The notes: generated from the sequence alone by a model not told the origin. 63,923 bases of DNA, filler included, from Lenisia limosa (GCA_001655205.1; 14 parts of 14 records of this genome joined end to end with filler, not necessarily neighbours in it), one strand, 5' to 3'. Positions 47,045 to 60,304 are shown, counted from the first letter of the whole stretch. Program-made: numbers and translations.

Positions 47045-47445
47045 ATTCCTCCTAATAGGAATTGGCCTACCTATCAGTCTATTTCCAACTGTTTTGACTT
47101 GACCGCCTAGTAAATTGTTAACAGGGGACTAGCTTAGACCACACCCCCTAAGGTTGTTTGATACTACAATCAACCGTATATAAACGATAGGTTGTCTGAA
47201 CGGCAGTTAGCAAGAATGGCAGGTTACCATGGATGTGGTTATTCCTCTAATAGGAATAGGCCCACCTGTCAGTCTATTTTCAACTGTTTTGACTAGGCCG
47301 CCTAGTAAGTTGTTTACAGCGGCTAGCTTTGACCCCCTAGGGTTGTTTGATACTAAAGCGGCAGTTAGCAAGAATAGCAGTGTACCCTGAGAGTGGTTAT
47401 TTCCCTAATAGGAATAGGCCCACCTGTCAGTTAATTTCCAACCGT
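47045..47445. repeat. About 2.3 tandem copies of a 170-190 bp unit
   Basis: Recurrent CTAATAGGAAT(T/A)GGCC(T/C)ACCT(A/G)TCAGT at ~47049, ~47246 and ~47406, with shared CCGCCTAGTAA and GGCAGTTAGCAAGAAT. Confidence 0.8.
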
Positions 47446-47628
47446 TTTTACTACTTTTTGGTTTTCTTCTGCTATTGCAATAATCATCAGCCTTCTCCTT
47501 CATTTTGCTCGTGTTCTTCTATTNNNNNNNNNNNNNNNNNNNNNNNNNNNNNNNNNNNNNNNNNNNNNNNNNNNNNNNNNNNNNNNNNNNNNNNNNNNNN
47601 NNNNNNNNNNNNNNNNNNNNNNNNNNNN

Positions 47629-47702
47629 CGGTGTTGCAGAAGCAACTGGCCTGGGATTTGTTTGTTTTGTTGTTTTTACCCTTGTGTTATTTCTAGCCAA
47701 CA
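47629..47702 (+). repeat. Family B copy; host gene unresolved
   Basis: CGGTGTTGCAGAAGCAACTGGCCTGGGATTTGTTTGTTTTGTTGTTTTTACCCTTGTGTTATTTCTAGCCAACAG. Confidence 0.8.
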
Positions 47703-48360
47703 GTAGAAGATTCAAGATCTAAATATTTTAAATAGGTATTATCACTCTGATTGCCTGACTTATTGTGTGAATAACTATTGTTTTGATGAATGTAGATTAT
47801 TCACGTTTAACTGAAGTGAATCGTGTACTTGCACCTTTGTACTTTTTCTCTTATCTTGTGATTGTTTATTTTTGCCTGAGTTGCATGTTCATTGCAATTA
47901 TTTCAGAAAGTTATGAAATTCTTCATGAGGTTGGTTTTCACTGAACATTTTCTTGCAGCGTGAATTATTTTGACATTACAATATCATAATTTTTTTTGTT
48001 TTTTTGGGGTATGGGTACATTTACTTGGTATTTTGAAAATGTTTCTTGTCTGTTTTTTTTTTAAAAAAAGTTCCTTTCTACCCCCAACAAGACAAAAAAC
48101 AAAGGGAAAAGACACAAAAGAATGCATCCAAGAGGCTTGAACTCTCAGATACATACGTTCTTGTTTTCTAATAGTTCGATCAGAGCGACCCCAAAACGAA
48201 ATATACTAGGTGGGGTCACATGAACGCGCCCACTTTTTCGATTTTCATTTTTGGCTGGATAATAACCAGTAACAAATCCCAGAGCTTCATTTTTGTTATC
48301 ATAATATTGATAGGTCTCAACTTTTATAGAATTGATTTTCTAGGTTTTTTATGTCTAAAT

Positions 48361-48575
48361 CATTATTATACTCACTTATAATCTGTTCTCCTTTGAGGAC
48401 ATTATCAATATTTACGATAATATTTTTCTATAAAGCCTTTGATGTCTGCAATTCTAACTCTCTGGCACCTCCTGAATCTGACATAAGACGGATTTAGGAG
48501 GGCCTACCTGGGTTATTATGCAGAGGCTATTGTCCTTATTCATGAATCTTATGCTGGGGAGGCACGCAGAAAACA
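48361..48575 (-). repeat. Family C copy
   Basis: Reverse-complement match to 38200-38412. Confidence 0.85.
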
Positions 48576-49857
48576 CCCTGACGTATTACTGGTCTTCCAA
48601 CCAGCCGACTAAAGAGTTTCAATGGTACGAATAACTTCTCTTGACTTCCCCTTACCCTGAAAACCCATAATCCACCTCGTTCCTAAGGGTGATCTCACTG
48701 GAAGCATCACTTAATATCCTTTTGATTCATGCTCTGATAAACGTTTGAAACTTGCCTAATATGGTCAGTGATTAATTTTATAGATACTGAGTCTTCTGAT
48801 GACAGTGATGTCGACTTCAATGTTGGGACAATCACCATTCAAAGACCAACATCGGGTGAGGTTTCCTCTTCTTTTTCTGATGATGATGATACATTGGACT
48901 GTGGGGTAGATGCGATTGACTGTGCTCCACCAACCCCGACGTTCTTTGCCCCAATCAAAGGTTCCGTTGTCACACGGTTCCGCAACAGGAAGAAGTTTGA
49001 AAAGACTTTCAGCGGAATTCACGCAGCAGGCACTAAATCACATTTGTTCTTTTGTTTTATGAAAGTAATTTTGCTGTAATGTAGAAGATGTTTTCAAATC
49101 CCGCGCGTTGTCAAAAACCGCACTTTTTCAATGGCCGTTCATGGCTATATTATAAGAAATTAACTAACGGTAAAAGCACACGAGAAGTTATCAAGAGATT
49201 GGTCATACTTCAGCAGCAGGCTTGACGTTCTTGCCAAGGTTGACCTTCAATAATAAAAGAAAGAGAAATTAAAAGTTTTAGAATGATCAATAACAACCAG
49301 TTCTACATTTTGCCCTTAAGCCTACCTTGAAACCACTGAAGGCGGGATAGCGCATCTTTTCCTTGCAGCTGTTGCGCTTTCAAATTGCGCTGGTATGAGT
49401 TCCTAGATACTATCAAAAACGGTATCATTATCATATGAACTGAAGTGATGGACANNNNNNNNNNNNNNNNNNNNNNNNNNNNTTCGAATAAAAGAGCAGC
49501 TAACCGGACATATGAGCAGGAATACCGTTCAGTAGCTTGTAATTTGTTGAGGGTTGCCTTGGTTGGTGTCAAAAATGTCTCTTCCTGACAATTGGAGCAA
49601 TGTCAAATACTGGTATGTGAGCATTCTTCTAACTTTTCCACTTCGGCATTTCGTCGTCAATTGACTTCTTGGCGCAGGAGTCTTGATCATGTAGCTAAAG
49701 CAAAGGTCAAAATATTATTCAGAGATAATCCAATGCAGGAAAATAAAACAACTTTATGTGACTTCGGAGTAGGTTCCCAATGATGTTGACAGATTCCTTC
49801 AATATTATACAATATCCAGAAAACAAAAACAAAACGTAGTAGAATCCCAAAAAGTCT

Positions 49858-49990
49858 CACCATGGGGTCAAGGGCCTTGGTACTGACATCAACAGTGAGG
49901 GTTTGCCGGTGCAGGATCTCATAGTCAACAACCTTGCCATTGCAGAACCCAATGGTGAGGACATCTAACGAGCACCAACCCAGGTATAAT
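49858..49990 (-). CDS. WD40-like exon of an unidentified gene
   Basis: LGWCSLDVLTIGFCNGKVVDYEI resembles a WD40 strand pattern; ends at a GTGAG donor. Confidence 0.35.
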
Positions 49991-51727
49991 ACGTTAATCT
50001 TTCCAAGAATATGAATACTTTTGTCTTCAATCATGTCACACAATTTATTCTTCAGAAGGAGAGTCATTTGCGGACATCCTCGATTGTCATAAATTCAACA
50101 ACTTCCCAGTTGTAACGTATTAACCCGTGCTGTCTCTTCTTCTTATGGTAAGAAACTTGATCACTCATAGGCCCTTCCAATTCTTCATGGAAGTGACCTT
50201 TCCTATAACAATTATAGAAAATGCGAAATTTTTGTCACGTAGTCAAACGGCTGCAGCAATACACAACTTCATTAGGTATGAGGACTGGTCTTTGGTCCTT
50301 TCCACGTTGACTCCAACCAAGATCTGTAAATCAGGTTCTTTTGAATAAATGTATCATTATCGTTTATTGACAGGCGTAAGAAGAGGTACAGGAACGAAAA
50401 AAGAAAAAAATTATGGTTTGCCTTTCGGCTATTTTGTGCTGTGAGCTTTGACCTTGCCTTTCTTGTGCTCATTGACTTGCAACATACTCTAATGAATATT
50501 TTCAGAGGAAGTTAGAATCTACACATTACATTTTTCGAAAACTTCAAAAAACCGCCAAAAATGACTCCATCAACCGACCACCTTAAAAAAAGAAGTGTCC
50601 GCAGCTCCAAAAGTAAGTGCCTCCTCGAAGTCCTTAAACCTAGCCAAATCTGTGGAATGTGGCTTGAATTTTACACTTACAAATGATCGTTCTTGGCAAC
50701 AGTGGGAATATCATGCTGAATACCCAACAAATTTAAATCGGCAATTAATTTCGGAAACAGTAAAAGCCTAGACCTCATTTTATTTAAACCAAGGGACCAC
50801 CTTAATTGAATTACATACAATAATATGATCAGGGAAATCAACATACTATGCAAAGTACTACCTTCATAGTAATTCATTATTGTCTTGACAATACATCATA
50901 TGCCCTAGGGAAAATGAGAAAGTCATATTTTTCGTTTTGGGGTCATTTTGATTTCGCGAAAAATCATATTTTGTCGCTCTGACTGAACTATTAGAAGCCA
51001 TTTACGGGAGAAAGGGGATAAAGGGGGTAAGAAGGGTGGGGGATATGGGGTGACACGTCATCGGAATGTAATATATCATATGTACTATATGATGAATATG
51101 ATGAAAAAAATATGACATTTGTCTTATTACCCGCGGGAATAGGATATATGATATATTTTGTAGAGATCCGGGCAATTGATATTAATATTAATTAATATAT
51201 GATATGTATTATTTTTGTTCATTGTAAATATTAATATTTGATTAATATGTAAATATGTAATAGTATATCAATATTAATAATATAGTATTTATTTATTTAC
51301 AATATTTTTTTGTTCGTTGATTGTGTGAGAACAATTGTTTTAAAACGATTATTTCATTCCGTTGATTATTTTGTTCTTCCGTTTTCTGTTTTTCTGTTTC
51401 TACTGTTTCTTCAGTATTTTTTTTTAGTACTCCTTTTATTATGTATTAATATGAGATGTATTAATTTTTAATTCATCAATCAGCACGGTAAATACACTAA
51501 CAAACCTTCTTGTTAAACAAGATCTTGCTCCAAAAAACGCCAGTTGTTCAATTCAAGGCAGTGAGAGGATCCAATGAGGAAAACCATCTCTTAACTTCAG
51601 AAAGCAGAAAAAAGAAGACAAAAAAACTATCAATACTGCATCACTTTAAATTAGTTACATTATGTAGAATTATTTTTAAGTAGCAACATGAATGAAATAT
51701 GAGAAATGTTATCCTGTTGAAACATAG

Positions 51728-52725
51728 ATTTAAAAAGATATATTACAAGAGCTACCATCGATGGTGATGGCATCAGAGACCGTATTATTATGAGTTCGCT
51801 TTAGAGAAGGTAAGAGTTGGTGTGATTATTTATTCGTAAAGCTCAGTGTATTCCTTTGTAATAGAGTATAATATACATATAATACTAATATACTTAATGG
51901 TATAGGTCCGTGCCTCAATTCTGAGTGAAAACTTCTTCTCCATCATCCATGACATTTGGACTGATGAGAGTGGTGCTTCATATCTTGGTGTCAAGTCATC
52001 CTTCATTGAGTGGTGCGACGTTGCAAAATTTCGTACAGTAACCCTCGCTATGGAACCAATTACTTCACATAAAACCGGTAGTTGGTCCCGATTGTGCAGG
52101 TAAGAAGTAAAACTAGATGGGCTACTTTTAACACTTTAGAGAGTTCTTGACGAGAGTGGATTAGACAAAGATAACATTGCTGGTGCACAGAGGACAAACC
52201 CACTCTGCTCAAAGTTTAAATGCAGGGTTATCATTTTTGAGTGTTTGGTGCGTTTCACACCATCTTAACGTTCAGTCGAGAATGCTCAGGTTGGTACCTC
52301 ATTGATATTGGTGAAAGTGTGCCAACTCTTTCATTGGGTTTGCCTTGGAGCTTCGGGCTTCGGTCTCGTTACATCACAGCTTAACAGAGTGGAAATCAGT
52401 GCAAGCAGAAAAGAGTGATTTTAAGGATAGAATGTCGGAGAATGCAGTTCCGCAATGCCAAGAAGAACAAAGATGTGCGTGATATTCAGAAACCACAACT
52501 CTATGAAGTTGACTTGAGCTTGGATCCTGATGTTCGCCTTGCCCAGTGTTTAGCATTTGAGCTTCGTCTCGAGTTCCCTTTCGACCCGGACTGTGTTTTC
52601 TTCAGCTGCTATACTACTCTCTTCCTCTACTGGGATGGCCATGAGCAATTCAGCAAACAAATGCAAGCAGCCATTTGGGATTCGATTAAGGACCGCCACA
52701 TTGTCCTGCTCCTCAGCCCCTAAGG
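51728..52725 (+). pseudogene. hAT-family transposase remnant with introns
   Basis: YITRATIDG..FALEK|VRASILSENFFSIIHDIWTDESGASYLGVKSSF..HKTG matches hAT D-x-WT...SYLGV around the first catalytic Asp. GT-AG intron 51810-51905 is in frame. Downstream RVLDESGLDKDNI. Confidence 0.7.
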
Positions 52726-53668
52726 CATTAGCATTTCCCATCAATTTCATTTACGACTGCAGCCGCCTGATCTCCCATGTCAGGTTTGGGGGTGACAAAA
52801 GTGTATTACGTTTGCTTACCGTTCTCCTGATTCTTGACTCCTGCTGCTTCCGCCATGTTCAAGAAGAGGCGCAACAGTGCTACTTGTGTTCAAAAGACGT
52901 TCTCCTCTTCTTGGGAATCTTTTGGAACCTTCTAATAGCTTCTTCGACGTCACGCCTTCCTGCAGCTTTTTCTTCTTGTTCATCTTCTCGAGCTCCTTAT
53001 TTACTGTTATTTTTACGAAGCAATTCCTGATATTCCTGAGCATTTTTATTAAAAGTCCTGAAAGTGTTTTGAGACTATCTTGAACATTTTATGCACACTA
53101 TTAATGTTATATTAATATCATATACTAATTAATTCTTTCCTCCTTCACTCTTTTTTGTTTTTTGAAAACTTCTCTTCTAATTCTTCCAAAAAACAATAAC
53201 CTTTGTATTAATCACCTAAAAAGAGTAGAAGCATATGTATATATTTTATTAAAAAAAATGGAATTATTCAGATTAGAGCTTAAACTCAGATGGAGAGTGC
53301 AGCAGGGTTGGGTAGATTACAGAGCGGTTTTCTCGCCAGAACATTGCATTGGCAGTGACAGCGGGCGATAGGCCTCTCTTAGAAGTTGTTCTTCCTGCAG
53401 AAGAGAAGAGTCTTTCGACAGAGATAGATGAAGCCTGGGTACAATAAAATGATGGAAGATATTCAAATAATAGTTAATGTTAGACGAACTGTTTTTGCAA
53501 TAAGAGGTGTATTGATAATGAGCTGGTGATGTGAGTCTGTGATGGTATCTTCTTCCATTGGCGGAATATCATTCGGCATCTGTGTCTCCATTTCAAAGAC
53601 CTCGTTTCCTAATGTTGTTATTCCAAACATAAAGCTACCGTAATTATCAGCATAGAACTTAAGAGTAT

Positions 53669-55750
53669 GTGCAGGAGGGCTCTGCAGCGTCATCCCCAAG
53701 ACGGAGCTCAAGGAGAGCCAACCTGTGGTTAACGACCACTGTCAAAATGAACAGCCATCTGAGGAGGATCAGGAAGGATTACCAGAAGGAAGCTGAGAGT
53801 AGGCAAAGGATTGAAAGAATGATTAGGAATCATTCAGGCATGGCAACATTCATGAGAGTTACGGCAATGGCGGCTCACCTGGGAGATGAAAGCATTAGGG
53901 GAGGACCAGGTGTATATGGCACTCAGGTTCTCGCCAACCCAAGAGGACGGAGCGGGCCGTACTTCACGGCGAGAGAAATTAACAACAATAGGGAGGAAGC
54001 TAAAGAGAGTATTGAGGACAAGGAGGACAAGAAGAGGGGCTACGAGGATGGGCGAGGCTACCTTGAACACAAAGGTTGGAGATTTGACAATCTACTGGAA
54101 AAAATATGGCTGGGAGAACGCTGGGAACGGATGAGGAGTTCGAGAAGAAAGAAGAGGAGGCATGGAAGAAAGTGGACGACTATTATGAAAGAGTTGAAGC
54201 AGGAGGACAGGAGAAGAGGGTACCAAAGAAGAGCTCACCAATTGTGGGACTCAGAAGCCTTCATAAGACAAGCTGAAGAAGCTAATTACACAGACCTTCC
54301 AAGGCTAAAGAATATACTGGAAGAGGAGTTATTTTTATGGTAAACGATGAGAAGTACAAGGGGAAGAAGAAGAGAAAGAATTGGCGATAATCACAAGCGG
54401 CCGGGAGGACGGCTCGATCAAAAAAATTTACAAGAAGCTGGGGGAAGAAGGAATAGTAGCATGAACAGACCTACAGATAAGGTACCCAGTGGGTTTAACT
54501 GAAACCCCATCGGAATGGTGGAAAAGGGGGGGGGGGGNNNNNNNNNNNNNNNNNNNNNNNNNNNNNNNNNNNNNNNNNNNNNAGACATATCTTGGATGTA
54601 TCCTCTATGAATGGAGCTGCGTTACACTTACCGTTCAGGCTTCCAAAATTGAAATTATTTTGGGAAATTTGTAATAAGCAATGGGTTCTTTATGTAATCG
54701 ATTTAAATGGCGCGTTCTTGCTGGAGATCCACGAGAAGTTCCGAAAGGTATTCTACCTTTGGTAGAAGGGGTGGACTTTAAGATTGAGTTTTACTTGGAT
54801 GATGGGCTAGGGGGTCGAAATGAGACAATTGTTGGCTTTTATGGTAAGCATTAATTATGACATTCTTATGTTTTACGGACAGCAATCAAGGCATGAGAGT
54901 CAACTCTACTATACAGGTAAGGAATGAAGAAAATATGATAATCAACAGAACGGAATGAATCAAACGCTGCACTAGGAGGAACATGCGGGTGTATGTGGCA
55001 TACATTAATACCATGGACAATGTTTCAGCTGATCGTGCCAGTTGGGAGGGCAGAATCATGAAAGAGGAGGGAGGTGTCACACCTGCTCCGATTAATGCGT
55101 GGATAATGCATTGAAAAAAAAAGGGGGGTAGGAAACACACACACCCAAGTTTTAAGCTGGACATCACATAATAATATTGTAGAAACGCGCAACTCAGCAA
55201 ACACTCAAAGGATATACGTATTGTCGGTGATTAGAAACGCCACTGTGGAGAATGGTCACCAGTGGATGATTGCAAAACCTACAGAGGATTTAGGATGTTG
55301 GTGGGTGGAGCAGCACAAATGAGGAGTGAGGTGTCAAAAAAAAAGAGAGATGTAATTCCCATATCGAAGAAAGATAAAAGCAGGTACGTGAAGGCAGCCA
55401 AGGGGTGATGAAAACAGACGTGAAGGAGAGAACGTTGATTTTGCCAACAATCAAGAACAGAAACAAGGCGTCAAAATTGGAGTTATCGAAAGGACTAACA
55501 AGGGACATCAGGAGGCTTACCCAGGGGGAAAGGAGGGAGGATTTAATCTTCACATGGGAGAACGGCCAACCCCTAAACGGATAAAGATTTGACAAGATTA
55601 TGGCGCGGCACAGCAAGCTGCTGAAGCTGTCAAGAACGGGGCACTGCTTCTGTGACGACTGATATGATAAGGAGGACGAAGGATGAGAAGGCAACGAAGA
55701 AGAAAGGAAGATGGGCCAAGAACTCTATCATGGATATATTATGTTCATTA
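53669..55750 (+). mobile_element. Degenerate DIRS-like retroelement: 224-aa ORF, RNase H-like region, tyrosine recombinase
   Basis: RNase H-like FYLDDGLGG..FTDSN..YINTMDNVSADRAS. YR-like FRMLVGGAAQMRSEVSKKKRDVIP..LIFTWENGQPL..TGHCF..KKKGRW. Many stops and frameshifts. Confidence 0.55.
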
Positions 55751-57559
55751 AAAAAGGGATATCATGTTTTTAAAAAAAAAATGGGGGACGGAGGGAACAG
55801 TTGGGATGGTGGGGAATTGGATAAACGGAAACTCGTTAATCCACAAACCTTGAGAGGGACTCGTTCCCTAGTCCAGACAAGTAATAATTTGAGTAAATTA
55901 TTAGTTGTCATTTGCATGTCAATATACCATTGAAATTTAACAGACCCTGAAGGTTTCGGAAGGGGAGAGAGAAGAAAGATAAGAAAGGTTGGAATAGAGA
56001 AAGACAAGTCGAGGGGGATAAAACGTGCGGTTATAAGTTGTGGAAAATCATCAAATTTAGCCGTTTTTTTTTGTTATTTTAATATCAACTTGCCTTATAG
56101 CAAAATGCCGTTTTTTTTTTACTCAAAATGAATGAAATTGCGAAAAGTTACAAAAACTTAGTACCATTACTTATCCCACGCACTATATATATCTATATCG
56201 ATATATATATTACATATAATATATGATATATTTCAATCCGACGACATCTTTAAAACCTTCTCAGTCGTCTTGAGAAAAGCCAGAAAGCTATTATAGTATA
56301 TGCATATGATATCCAGCCAGAACCTCATCACGATTTAGGAACTAGGGAGGCAACACTCACTTCTTAGTGGAATTAAAAAGGTGAGAATATATAGATTGTT
56401 TTTTTTTTTTTGGTTTTTTTGGAAGGAGGGGGGGGGNNNNNNNNNNNNNNNNNNNNNNNNNNNNNNNNNNNNNNNNNNNNNNNNNNNNNNNNNNNNNNNN
56501 NNNNNNNNNNNNNNNNNNNNNNNNNNNNNNNNNNNNNNNNNNNNNTATAAGAAGGCAAAACAGCCCTCCACCATACTGACTTTGATATTACATATCATAT
56601 TCATGATTTGAAGTTATTATTGTGTCACAATAATAATATTATGACACCCCCCACCCCCTTTAGGCCTAAAGTATAGCGTGTGGCCTCCTTGTAGCACTTT
56701 ATTCAAGCTCATGATCAATAAATATAGCCAGATCCTCAACACATTGATACCTTCAGAAGAATGTTGATCTCTCTGTGGTTGAGAAGTGATAGACCGTCAG
56801 TTTCAAGGGGTTTCGAAGGCTTATTTCCTTCAACTGTTTTTCTGTTGGCCCGTTACTCTCCATTGGGACTTTGTTTTTCGTATTTCTCGCGCAAAATGAC
56901 AATATTATCAATATGAGTGCAAACTAAAAGGATAATGAGCTTGAAAAAAGACTTTTAAAAAAAAGGGGGGGGGGAAGTGTATTTTTACTGGGCACAATTT
57001 TTTTAGAGATCACCCCCTGAACATGTTGCATTTTCAATTTCAATTTTTTTCAGTGCCTTCCTTTGCCTCCCCTCTGCGTTTGCTTGGATTATAAAAGCCA
57101 CCTATGAATACATTAATTTGGATAGGAAAAGTAATCTTTTCCATGACTTTTTCCAAATTGCAAAATCGAAACTACCTCTTGCTGGTAGGTGTTACAATTT
57201 TTAAATCTGCTAATTCTCACTAAAGTTCTGGCTATTTAATTTAATAATTTCCTAGACATGTTGTNNNNNNNNNNNNNNNNNNNNNNNNNNNNNNNNNNNN
57301 NNNNNNNNNNNNNNNNNNNNNNNNNNNNNNNNNNNNNGTCTACTGTTTGACTGGTCGAATTTAAAAGCACCATTGAACTAGGGTCACAATTTTATCCCGG
57401 AAGCCTACCCTCCTGGAGCTGACGATCTTAATGACAACAGAAGGGCTCATACCCAGGTTTGTCGAACTCAACATATTGATTCAACAAGCATTTGGGATGA
57501 GCGATAAAACAAAATGTATGATCACCCCCCCCCCCTGTTACGTTTATCTTAATACCTTA

Positions 57560-58760
57560 GTCAGAAGAAGCAGTTAAGCTTTCAAGAGCTTTCAATAGCG
57601 GAAAACGGCTGTATTCACATGCCCATCATGCAATTCGCTCTCTTGGCCAGAACCCATCCAACAGAAACAAGCAGAAGGCTGTGGCAACTGCCTATGGAGT
57701 ATATACCACGATTGAGGCGGTGATCACCAAGGCAATTACAGCTGCACGACATGGACGTGCTAGAAACTTCGACAAAGGTTTGTCAATAATTCGAAGATGG
57801 GGTGTTTATTCACCTTACTTTCTGAAATATTGCCTTCTGGTTCCAACAATTCCACCATTTTTAGATATTCTTTCAACAAGTGTGTTCTTTTTTTATATAC
57901 TCCCCTCAGGTCTCGAAGCTCCAAGAGCCATATGATGACTTCAACACCTACTACATGAAGAAAGCGAAAGCACAACTTGATGGTATTGAGGAGGTCTTCA
58001 CGACTCTTACCAAGGTGGGAAGAATAATTCAATTTGCTACGGTACTCCGATGTCTTATAACGCGCCATTTTGATTGTTTTATTAGGATCTTCAAGAAGAA
58101 TGATGACAATTTGGATGAACCTATGAAGACCAGCAATGAACTTCTCACTCAGTCAGTCCCAGATTCCTATCAAGATTACGAAGTGCGGAGACAAGTACAA
58201 TGATGAGCTCTCCAAGTGGTATACAGATAATCCAGACCACATCACCCCCACGCTTTACGCTCCATCCCCAACCATGGTCTCCAAAGCCCAAGAAAATAAC
58301 GTATTTTGCCTTGGTGTAAATAAGAGCTCCTTTTACTCTACAATGTCGGTGATAAGCCATCTCTTTCAGTTCGCTAAATATGTCAACGCCTCGCCAGAGA
58401 ACCACAAGCTGGTGGTTCTGGATGGTTCAAAAGTCCACATCTCCGCTGAGGTAAGACATTTAGGAATATATATTTTTTTTGAATGATTATCTTACGCCAA
58501 TTGTCATTTGTTTGAAAAGTTAACTCCTCAGGTCCACAGCGTGTGCTACCTGGCACTGGGGCTGATAATTGTGATTTTGCCTCCCTTTGCCTCCCACTTC
58601 CTCCAAGTTTGATGGTTTAATATTGTGACATCTTAATTTTTACTGTTTTTTTTTTTTTCATACTTGCGTAGGTTGGTGACCAGTTCCACCACACCGTAGT
58701 GAATACTAAGATGAGGCGAAAGATCTCCGAATGGAAGAACAATTCCTCTTTTGCGTGAGC
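57560..58760 (+). mobile_element. pogo/Tc1-mariner superfamily DDE_1 transposase gene with introns (58451-58531, 58607-58671)
   Basis: FQFAKYVNASPENHKLVVLDGSKVHISAE|VHSVCYLALGLIIVILPPFASHFLQ|VGDQFHH matches DDE_1 LLILDGH.SH...LPP..SH.LQP.D. Both introns are phase 0 and restore the motif. Confidence 0.78.
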
Positions 58761-59204
58761 GTGTTTTTTTTTTCTCATCATATTATCAATGTGACATTTT
58801 GTTGAAAAAACAGTTTTGCTTTAACACTTCCAGTATCCTCAAAGATCATATGCTGACAGAGTTTTACATGGATTCAAGTAAACATCAGTGCTTTGAGATT
58901 CTTCACTTACTCAACAGGGTGAACGCGTTGTTTCGATTAAGCCTGGGGAAGTTGTTGCTGCCGAATCCGATATAAAGGATGCAGTCAAGAGAAATGCTNN
59001 NNNNNNNNNNNNNNNNNNNNNNNNNNNNNNNNNNNNNNNNNNTTAATTAATTAANNNNNNNNNNNNNNNNNNNNNNNNNNNNNNNNNNNNNNNNNNNNAG
59101 AATCGACATCTATACTGTATATAGGGGGGATATAATATGATATTATTATTATTATTATTATGCCCCTTTACGCCAATGTTTTCCCCCCTATAAATCTTAC
59201 AACA

Positions 59205-60150
59205 CAGACCGCCCCCGCACCGTCTCTGGAGGCCCTGTATATTGCCTGCTTCAAGGAGGGCATGCTCGAAATGGTCCATCATAAGTGGGGTGGTGGGGGT
59301 TTGTTATATGCTTCTAAAAGAGTTGTAAGGCAAATGATTGGATGAATTAATTATAATCTATAATTCAATATCTCATATAAGCGTGATGCTGTGGACGGCT
59401 TCGACCAGTCTCCAGTTTTCTCATTAATTACCTAGGATTGCCAACTTTGTGATGCAGTCTCTCCTGGCATGTGTGGACGACTTCAAACTGATGCGCAGTA
59501 TCCTCGAGGAAATCAACCCAATTGCTGAGGTTCTCATTGGTGAGGGGTGGTGGGGTATTTTGGTGCTTTTTTGAAAATAAAAAAAACACAATATGTATTG
59601 AATACAAGACAAGGGAAACAAATACACATTACGACCATATGTCGGGGAAGCGTCGTGAAGCGTTTTGGGTCCTCATCCTCTCTGAGGAGGTGTATTGACC
59701 AATTATCTTTTCTGTAGCGATGGCCACTGCCATCATGGCTTTTTAGTGGATTAATATCAATAATAATTATATTAAGAGTTGACTTTTGTTGTTTTCAACC
59801 CTCGTGTGTTGTCAGCCAACAGGGTTGATTTGGGCTTCTTTTTTTGTTTCATAAATATCAAACTCTCCCTCTCCTTATCACCTCACTTTCCAGCTGAGAA
59901 GAGAGCGGGTGTGTTACTGAAAATTGTCGAGTCTGCCGCGAGGAACCAGCTCTGCGAAAAGGAGGCTGTGGATGTAAAGGGGGAGGGGGACTCAATCAGT
60001 TTTTTTCCATGACCTTTTTCAATGGCTGCTTCTATTCGGATTTGCGATGATGTTGCAGGCGCTTGCCAAGGGCCTGTCCCTGACTGAAAAGGACGGTGCC
60101 GTGGCTGCCAAGCGAGTCTTACACCTCAATACCCCAATTGCTGTGGGTGT
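59205..60150 (+). CDS. Unidentified multi-exon gene fragment (IANFVMQSLLACVDDFKLMRSILEEINPIAEVLI; ALAKGLSLTEKDGAVAAKRVLHL)
   Basis: Plus-strand AG/GT-bounded open blocks, e.g. CCTAG|..|GTGAGG at ~59436-59540. Confidence 0.5.
59783..59865 (+). repeat. Family B 3' part upstream of the acceptor at 59891-59892
   Basis: TTTTGTTGTTTTCAACCCTCGTGTGTTGTCAGCCAACAGGGTTGATTTGGGCTTC..GTTTCATAAAT. Confidence 0.85.
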
Positions 60151-60304
60151 ATATGTTTTCATATTATAATCTATAATTCAATATCTCTTAAAAGCCTGAT
60201 GGTGNNNNNNNNNNNNNNNNNNNNNNNNNNNNNNNNNNNNNNNNNNNNTTAATTAATTAANNNNNNNNNNNNNNNNNNNNNNNNNNNNNNNNNNNNNNNN
60301 NNNN

